Part shown: piece by piece, positions 57,506 through 64,000 of the stretch
Numbering within the stretch: position 1 is the stretch's first letter
How the letters are laid out: each line of letters begins with the position of its first letter
IMG/VR virus record: IMGVR_UViG_3300032038_000028
Coordinates: 48,853 to 112,852 of that record
DNA length: 64,000 bases
Direction: 5' to 3' (one strand)
Source: a virus
Taxonomy: Duplodnaviria; Caudoviricetes
Position numbers and translations under genes: made by a program
Notes under the pieces: generated by a model
The model's database searches: none
What the model was told of the DNA's origin: nothing
Seen by the model: the letters and a program-made list of their open reading frames with translations, nothing else

Positions 57506-59056
57506 ATGGGCCAAAAAGAAACCAAAGAAATGAACAGCATGTGGAGCAACGTCAGCTGGGTACCTGCCGGTGGATGTACCATTCTGGATCTTTACCGGAT
57601 TGAAGATATCCTCAGGATCATCCGTGATCCCATGTCTTACAACGAAGAGGCGCGTGCGTTAAGCCGCGCCCTTTATTCTTCTAACGGCATTATCACCAAC
57701 GTGATCGACTATATGGTCGCCCTGCCTGTGCTCAACCCGGTCGTTGTGCCGCACGGCGACAGCGCCGGAAAGAAGCAGAAGAACAAGCAGGCGGTGCTGG
57801 ACATCTGGCGCTCCATACGCGGGGACGAGGTGCTCCGGGACGGTCTGCACGGGACGCTGCTCGAAGGCGTGTACTTCGCCTACTTTGAGACGATCGAGCG
57901 GCCGCTGCCCAAGGACAGGAGCATGGACGACTGGACGGTCGCCAACATCGTCGAGATCAACGACGCCAACGTGAACGCCGCCGTGATCTCCCTGAACCCG
58001 GACTATACGCGGATCGTGGGGATCGTAGACGGCACTTACCGGCTGGCTTTCGACCTGTCCTATTTTGACCTGCACGACCGGGTGCCGACAGAGGTCAAGC
58101 TCCGCCAGTATCCCAAGGAAATCCGCAGGGCATACAACGACTGGAAGAACGGGAAGGGCAAGCAGTGGGCGGTGCTGAGTACCGATCACACGCTGGCCGT
58201 CAAGTACCGGGCGAAGCGGTCGGAGCCCTATGGCAGGCCGCTGGCACTGGCGGCAATCGATGACGTGCTTTACGACGCCTCCGATACGAAGGCGAAGCGG
58301 GCGGCTCTGGCTGAGGTTATGAACCGCATCTACTGGCAGGAGTTCCCGCAGGGGGCTCAAAAGGGCCAGTCTGCCCTGACCGGGCCGCAGCAGGAAAAGC
58401 AGCACGAGACCGTCAGGGACGCCCTGCAGCGCCATACCAACGGAGACAGCTTTACGACATTTTTCTCTGTGGCAGCAGGCACAAACATCAACGCCCTGAA
58501 ACCGGACGTGTCGATTCTGGACGACGATACGGATAACAGCAACCGCAAGAAGATCTCCCAGAGCCTTGGCTTTGCCGGCAGTCTGCTGACCGGCGAGGGC
58601 ACCAGCTCGTTCAGCTCGCAGGAGAACAACCTGCAGCTGATCACGGCGCAGATCTTCCAGATCATCGGCATGCTGACGACCGAGCTCAACAAGGTTATCA
58701 ACCGCTGCGTCATCAGAAACCCAAAGTACCGGACGGAGATTCAGTTTCTTCCTATCACCTACTGCAACCGCAAGGCCTTTGTGGAGATGGCGAAGGATCT
58801 CTACCTGCAGGGTAAGGGCAGCCTGGCTCTGTGGGCGAGCGCGGTCGGGATCAGCCCAGAAGCGTTCTTCGACATGCTGGACGAAGAGCTGGAGAACGAC
58901 ATCGAGCATAAGTACCCGGTGCACCAGACTTCGTTTACCTATACAGGCAAGAGCGATGAGGCCGGCCGGCCGACGGACGAGGACACCCAGAACCCCAAGA
59001 CGCTCAACAACCGGGCGAACGCCAGCAACGACACCCCGCATCCTGAGACGGAGTAA
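57506..59056 (+). CDS. portal protein
   Basis: 516 aa directly after terL; EPYGRPLA; C-terminal AGRP tail. Confidence 0.85.
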   Translation: MGQKETKEMNSMWSNVSWVPAGGCTILDLYRIEDILRIIRDPMSYNEEARALSRALYSSNGIITNVIDYMVALPVLNPVVVPHGDSAGKKQKNKQAVLDIWRSIRGDEVLRDGLHGTLLEGVYFAYFETIERPLPKDRSMDDWTVANIVEINDANVNAAVISLNPDYTRIVGIVDGTYRLAFDLSYFDLHDRVPTEVKLRQYPKEIRRAYNDWKNGKGKQWAVLSTDHTLAVKYRAKRSEPYGRPLALAAIDDVLYDASDTKAKRAALAEVMNRIYWQEFPQGAQKGQSALTGPQQEKQHETVRDALQRHTNGDSFTTFFSVAAGTNINALKPDVSILDDDTDNSNRKKISQSLGFAGSLLTGEGTSSFSSQENNLQLITAQIFQIIGMLTTELNKVINRCVIRNPKYRTEIQFLPITYCNRKAFVEMAKDLYLQGKGSLALWASAVGISPEAFFDMLDEELENDIEHKYPVHQTSFTYTGKSDEAGRPTDEDTQNPKTLNNRANASNDTPHPETE

Positions 59057-59068
59057 GGGGGTGAGTAG

Positions 59069-60292
59069 ATGGAGAGATGGAACACCCGGCTGTTTGAGCT
59101 GAGCAGCGAGGCGCGAGGCGGCAAACGGCCGATCAAAATGATTCTGCACAGGATCATGGACAGCGCGGACGACTGGCAGGACAACGGCGTCAGCTGGAAG
59201 GAAGCGTATGTCCGGGAAGCCATGAAGGGCATCGTCGGTGCGGACATCGCCGTGGAATACCTGAGCAAGGGCGCGACTGCGGACGACATCGAGATCAGTG
59301 GTCACGGCTTTACCGGGGAGACCACGGACTATGACGGCCGCCCCATGCCAGCGTTCAACGCGGACTCGGAAGTGGTCGGCACCATTACCGGCGCGGAGAT
59401 CACGACCGTGGAGCTGAACGGCGCCAGCGTCAAGGTGCTGATGGCGGACGGGTATATCTATGAGCACCGGCACCCCGGGCTGGTGGAGTGGCTGAAACTC
59501 CATGTGCCCAAAGGGGAAGTGATGGGCAGCGTCGAGATCGTCGGCTGCCCGGAGAACAACAATGAGATCGTTTACGAGGACGGTTACAAGCCCAAAGGGC
59601 GCGTCCCGATGCGATATGAGTACGCGGGCTATGCCATCTTGTCGGCCAGTGTGGAGCCGGCTGACAAAGCTTGCTATGTGCTCGAAATCAACAACAAGGA
59701 GGAAGCGTGTATGGACGAGGCAAAAGCCCGCGAGTTTGTCGATGAGATCAAGCAGGAACTGCACAGTGTGCTTGATGAGAACACGAAACTCACGGCGGAG
59801 ATCAACAGCCTGAACGAAACGACTCAGGCCAAAGACGCCGAGCTAAATGAAGCCAACGCCAAAGTCGCCCAGCTGGAAGCCGCGCTTGAACAGGTCAAGG
59901 CCGAGCTGCAGCAGAAGTGCGACGAGTTCGACCAGCAGTGGCAGAAGCGCGATCAGGAGCTGTCCGAGCTCTACAACCAGAAGCATCTTCTGGAGGAAGA
60001 GATCGCGAAGTATCAGCTGCAGGAAAGGCTGAACAATCTGGAAACCGCGCTGCAGCCCTTCAACGCCGAAGAGCTGAACATGGCGCAGGAGCAGATCGAC
60101 GCCTACAAGGCCGACCCGATGAACCATGAGGTCAGCGAGGTTGTCGATGCGATCTATATCGGCATCGGCAAAAAGAACAAGGAAGCCGCGAAGGCCGCCG
60201 AGCAGAACCAGAAGCAGAAGGTTGAAGAGCCTGAAGCGATCGAGTCTGTCGTTGAGCCCGAGAAAAACTTCAAGAGCTCCAGCATTTTTTAA
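59069..60292 (+). CDS. prohead protease/scaffold protein
   Basis: N-terminal protease-like domain (SGHG, GSVEI, AILS..VEPA) followed by a long coiled coil. Confidence 0.75.
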   Translation: MERWNTRLFELSSEARGGKRPIKMILHRIMDSADDWQDNGVSWKEAYVREAMKGIVGADIAVEYLSKGATADDIEISGHGFTGETTDYDGRPMPAFNADSEVVGTITGAEITTVELNGASVKVLMADGYIYEHRHPGLVEWLKLHVPKGEVMGSVEIVGCPENNNEIVYEDGYKPKGRVPMRYEYAGYAILSASVEPADKACYVLEINNKEEACMDEAKAREFVDEIKQELHSVLDENTKLTAEINSLNETTQAKDAELNEANAKVAQLEAALEQVKAELQQKCDEFDQQWQKRDQELSELYNQKHLLEEEIAKYQLQERLNNLETALQPFNAEELNMAQEQIDAYKADPMNHEVSEVVDAIYIGIGKKNKEAAKAAEQNQKQKVEEPEAIESVVEPEKNFKSSSIF

Positions 60293-60317
60293 TCTGAGAA
60301 AGGAAAGGTGAATCACT

Positions 60318-60758
60318 ATGGTACAGTTTGGCACCATCGAGATGATTGAGCACAGCGCTCACAATGATCCTACCGTCGTGGCGCACGCCAATGTCCCCAA
60401 CGGTTATTTCCACATCATTTCTAACGGCTCTTCTGCCGTCCCCACCGCGGAAGGCGAACTCTGGGTGGCGATCAACACCCTCCTGGGCGACGACCGCTAT
60501 CTGGCCGACGCCACCATCAAGCAGGGCGCGAAGCTCAACAGCTACCGCGTCAAGGACTGGGACGACAAGGAACTGATCGTGACCCAGGCCAACGTGACCG
60601 ACGCCATCTCCGGCCTGTCTGCGGGCGACACCCTGAAGGCGGACGCTACCGGCAAGCTGGCCAAGGCCGGCATCAACACCACCGTTACCTTCAGCGTGGT
60701 CGAGAAGCTCAACTACTTCGGCACCCCCGCCATCCGCGTCAAGATCGTCGTGGCGTAA
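60318..60758 (+). CDS. head decoration protein
   Basis: 146 aa, beta-rich, between scaffold and major capsid genes; strong codon bias. Confidence 0.7.
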   Translation: MVQFGTIEMIEHSAHNDPTVVAHANVPNGYFHIISNGSSAVPTAEGELWVAINTLLGDDRYLADATIKQGAKLNSYRVKDWDDKELIVTQANVTDAISGLSAGDTLKADATGKLAKAGINTTVTFSVVEKLNYFGTPAIRVKIVVA

Positions 60759-60782
60759 TCTACGGAAAGGAGAGAATGGATT

Positions 60783-61886
60783 ATGAGCTATACCTTTGAA
60801 ATGAACAACGCCCGCAAGGACGTTGGTAATCCCGAAATTAAGCGCACCTCTCCCGTCGTGGAAGTTTTCTCCGCGATGGTCGAGGGCCGTCAGCTGCCCG
60901 TCTTCAAGGACGCCGACGTCGCCGACAAGGCGGTTGAATACATCAAGGGCCTTGCCAGCAAGGCCGGCAACGGCGACCTGAGCGCCTCTGCCGAGCTCAA
61001 CCAGATCCGCCGCGAGATCCTCGAGCCCGCTGTTCTGGAAGAGATGAAGATGCTCCAGCTGTTCGGCAACTACACCCAGCTGGGCGCCGGTGACACTATC
61101 GAGCGCGAAATCTGGAACGTCGCCGGTGGCGCTGCCCGTATGCAGGCCGTGAACGGTGACGTCCGCGTCCCCATGCATGCTGCTGTCCGCTACACCGTGG
61201 CCCCGATCAGCATCGGCGCCGGCTATCAGGTGGACTACCGCACGCTGGCTGACGGCGATGCCTCCCGCGAAAACGCCGCGATGGCCCAGGTTCGCACCGA
61301 GATGCTGAACATGGCGACCGACTATGTCATCCGCAAGATCTACAACTCTGTGAAGAACGCGACCGGCGTCAAGTACTTCGCCGAGGCCGCCGGTATCAAC
61401 CAGGCCTCCCTGGACGACGTCGTGAAGGCCGTACGCCGCTTTGGCCCGACCAGCATCCTGGGCGCCTATGCCGTGGTCTCCCAGATCAACAACTTCGTGC
61501 CCTACAGCAACGGCACCGTGACCGGCATCTCTGACGCCGTCATGGAAGAGATCCGCAAGAACGGCCTGGTCATGAACTACAAGGGCAGTATCGTCCGTGA
61601 GACCCCCGCTCCCTATGACCTGACCAAGCTGAACGCTGCCGGCACTGACTTTGCCACCATGCTGCCCGAAGGCCTGCTCTTCGTGCTGCCCGGCGGCTTC
61701 CGGTCTCCCGTCGCGACCTGGACGGTCGGCGGACTGACCAGCTTCAGCGGCAACGACGTTTCTACCGGCCGCGTGCTGACCCGGTTCGACCTGGTCGTGG
61801 CTGCCGACGTCGCCAAGGGCCATGAATATGAGATCGGCCTGCTGAACGACACCAACATCACGCCCGCCGCCAGCCTGGCGCTGTAA
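60783..61886 (+). CDS. major capsid protein
   Basis: 367 aa; position in the head module; highly biased codons. Confidence 0.85.
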   Translation: MSYTFEMNNARKDVGNPEIKRTSPVVEVFSAMVEGRQLPVFKDADVADKAVEYIKGLASKAGNGDLSASAELNQIRREILEPAVLEEMKMLQLFGNYTQLGAGDTIEREIWNVAGGAARMQAVNGDVRVPMHAAVRYTVAPISIGAGYQVDYRTLADGDASRENAAMAQVRTEMLNMATDYVIRKIYNSVKNATGVKYFAEAAGINQASLDDVVKAVRRFGPTSILGAYAVVSQINNFVPYSNGTVTGISDAVMEEIRKNGLVMNYKGSIVRETPAPYDLTKLNAAGTDFATMLPEGLLFVLPGGFRSPVATWTVGGLTSFSGNDVSTGRVLTRFDLVVAADVAKGHEYEIGLLNDTNITPAASLAL

Positions 61887-61927
61887 TCTGAACAGGGGGA
61901 TGGGGTGATACGCACCCCTTTCGGCAT

Positions 61928-62143
61928 ATGGAAAGCGAAAAGAAAAACCTTTTCTACTGCTACAACGAGGCCGTGGCCCGTCATCTGATGGATCGCGGCC
62001 TCGTCCCCGCCTTCAACAGTATCAACCGCCGTACGCAGACTGCCTACTGGGCGTTTGAGCGGGGGCCCGCACTGGACGAAGGACTGGACGCGTGGCAGAA
62101 AAAGAAATGGTCTTATAAAGCGGAGGAAGCAAAGCATGAATGA
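61928..62143 (+). CDS. small hypothetical protein (DUF5659-like)
   Basis: FYCYN...L...G...YWAFER...L...L..W. Confidence 0.6.
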   Translation: MESEKKNLFYCYNEAVARHLMDRGLVPAFNSINRRTQTAYWAFERGPALDEGLDAWQKKKWSYKAEEAKHE

Positions 62144-62591
62144 AGCGAAGCTCAATGAAAAAGTGACGGTGACCAACCTGGCCCCGTGGCCTGTGTATTT
62201 TTCCCGCAAGCTGAATACTGGCGATGTCAAGGTACCGGCCAACGGTACGATCCCGATGGATCGGACGGAGCTGGAAGCCCAGTTCTATGACGGCAACCGG
62301 CTGCTGGTGGGCACGGACGGCCATGGGGCGCACGCTCAGCTGGTGGTCAACGACGAGGCCCTGAAGGCCCAGTTCGAGATCCCGGAGGAGCAGCAGGTGC
62401 TGACGGACGAGCTGCTGGACAAGCTGTTTGCCATCAAGTCTCAGAGCGCGTTCACGGCGAAGATCGACGAGCTGGTGATCATGGACTATGAACGTCACAG
62501 GCTGATCAGCTACATCGAGCGCAAAAAGGTCAACGACTTTGCCAAGGTGCGCTACGCCGAGCAGCTGGCAGGGGTCAGCGTCACCATGTAA
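62136..62591 (+). CDS. virion assembly hypothetical protein
   Basis: GGAGG SD; position after the capsid gene. Confidence 0.7.
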   Translation: MNEAKLNEKVTVTNLAPWPVYFSRKLNTGDVKVPANGTIPMDRTELEAQFYDGNRLLVGTDGHGAHAQLVVNDEALKAQFEIPEEQQVLTDELLDKLFAIKSQSAFTAKIDELVIMDYERHRLISYIERKKVNDFAKVRYAEQLAGVSVTM

Positions 62592-62604
62592 GGGGGAAGG
62601 GCGC

Positions 62605-62994
62605 TTGTTCACGAAGACCGACGTAATCGATTCGTTCGAGACACTCATCAGAGAACGGACGCCGCTGCCGCAGGGTCTGGTCGAGCTCTGGTTTGAACAG
62701 GCGCTGGGTCAGTACGAGCTGGAGATCGGCGATGTCGGATACAACCGGGAGGCGGGAGCTTTCTCGGAGACGGTGAACCGGGCTGTGATCACGACGCTCG
62801 GCTACATGATGAAGGTCATGTACGTGGAGCGGGAGCTCAGCCGGGTCAACAAGATCAACAACATCATCACCAACGACATCAAGCTGAACGGCAACGGCGA
62901 GACCAAGAAGTACACCTACAACGAGCTCCTCGAAGAACGCGCCGCGGCCGCCGACTACATCAACAAACAGAAGACCTCATGGTTCGGGAATTGA
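62605..62994 (+). CDS. probable head-tail adaptor
   Basis: TTG start; about 130 aa, helical; assigned by position. Confidence 0.55.
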   Translation: MFTKTDVIDSFETLIRERTPLPQGLVELWFEQALGQYELEIGDVGYNREAGAFSETVNRAVITTLGYMMKVMYVERELSRVNKINNIITNDIKLNGNGETKKYTYNELLEERAAAADYINKQKTSWFGN

Positions 62995-63003
62995 GGTGGT
63001 CGG

Positions 63004-63789
63004 ATGGCACAGGACTGGTACCTGATGGAACCGTCCGTACTGGGCGGCTTTGAGAACGAGGAGTTTAAGCTCTGGAAAGGATCGTTCGAGAACAGTATCC
63101 TGAACAGCGTAGTTGCCAGGGATGTGTATGTATACGGGAACTACCCGACGGGCAAGCCCAGGAAACAGATCCGGGCGCTGGTGCTGGATCAGGTGGAGAA
63201 CAGCTACAACACGATGAGCAAGCGGCAGATTCTCTGCAACGTCGGAGAACTGTGCTGCGGGGATTACCTGTGGATCGACGGACGGTGGTGGCTCTGCATC
63301 ACCCTGTTTGACAACAACCGTCTGTACAGCAAAGGGATCCTGTGGTACTGTAACACGCCTGTGTACTTTACGTCGCTGACCAGTTTTGAAACGGTCAAGT
63401 ACCCGGCGTATGTACACAACGCCACGCAGTACAACAGCGGCGAACGCTACACGGACTACCTGTTCACGATCTCTTCTCAGCGGCTGCTTTACCTGCCCTG
63501 CAACGAAGAGACCGTACTGATCGACAACGACTACCGTTTCCTGATTGATAAAAACCGTCTGCATCCCTCCGCGTGGAAGGTCGCGCAGACCGACACCGAG
63601 AACGACGACTGGGGCGGCTACGGCCTGGTGCGTCTGATGCTGGTGGAAGACGAGCTCCGGCCGACAGACGACGTGGAGCACATGGTTGCGGACAACGCGG
63701 AATGGATCAAAAAGTACGGTAAAAACAGCGGATACCCGACGCCGGAAGAAGTGCCGCCGAGCGACGGCATGGGATGGATTGATATGTAA
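63004..63789 (+). CDS. probable head closure protein
   Basis: GDYLWIDGRWWL...CN; assigned by position. Confidence 0.55.
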   Translation: MAQDWYLMEPSVLGGFENEEFKLWKGSFENSILNSVVARDVYVYGNYPTGKPRKQIRALVLDQVENSYNTMSKRQILCNVGELCCGDYLWIDGRWWLCITLFDNNRLYSKGILWYCNTPVYFTSLTSFETVKYPAYVHNATQYNSGERYTDYLFTISSQRLLYLPCNEETVLIDNDYRFLIDKNRLHPSAWKVAQTDTENDDWGGYGLVRLMLVEDELRPTDDVEHMVADNAEWIKKYGKNSGYPTPEEVPPSDGMGWIDM

Positions 63790-63803
63790 AGCGGAGGAAA
63801 GCT

Positions 63804-64000
63804 ATGGCCTATTTAAGCGAACTTACGGAATTCAAGCGGAAGATTGCCAATCTGCTTGTGAACGATGAAATGCTGGTCGAGCTCGTCAGTGGGGAAAAGG
63901 GGAAGCAGCTTCCCGCAGCGGATCTGATCGGAAAGAATGTATATCTTTACGACTATGTGGATGATACGCTGAAAGACGCCCGTACGCTCATCTGTATTGA
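63804..64000 (+). CDS. probable tail completion protein, truncated by the window edge
   Basis: GGAGG SD; MAYLSELTEFKRKIANLL..., open to the end. Confidence 0.55.
   Translation, partial: MAYLSELTEFKRKIANLLVNDEMLVELVSGEKGKQLPAADLIGKNVYLYDYVDDTLKDARTLICI

Noticed and set aside
1-64000. Stop-codon reassignment, introns or inteins in core genes
   Set aside because: DnaE, TerL, RNAP, portal and capsid genes are uninterrupted and of ordinary length in the standard code

Overview
64 kb of a large tailed phage, GC-rich, standard genetic code. The host is probably an anaerobic Bacillota (inferred from sigmaA-type TTGACA-17-TATAAT promoters, GGAGG/AAGGAG Shine-Dalgarno sites and a class III RNR). Two arms are transcribed divergently from a non-coding switch at about 31.3-32.4 kb. 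The left arm (minus strand) carries a long run of small, often acidic early-type genes, followed by ParB, ERF, SSB, a PD-(D/E)XK nuclease, a fused primase-helicase, DnaE, ThyX, a redoxin and NrdD. The right arm (plus strand) carries a sigma-like orphan, a tyrosine recombinase, an AT-rich repeat region, a BRO protein, many shuffled zinc-ribbon/DUF551 modules and a YonO-like single-subunit RNA polymerase. It ends with ClpP, PhoH, a metallophosphoesterase and an SPbeta-like head module. The most unusual signals are non-coding: (1) two type II hammerhead ribozymes inside an array of covarying hairpin+Shine-Dalgarno modules; (2) two tRNA-like RNAs with D and T arms but a long insert instead of an anticodon arm, one inside an ORF-free promoter-to-terminator unit; (3) a 14-bp repeat found before both the replication operon and the post-RNAP late operon; (4) a palindrome shared by two consensus promoters; (5) three consensus promoters followed immediately by terminators. 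All assignments come from reading motifs by eye; no database searches were run.
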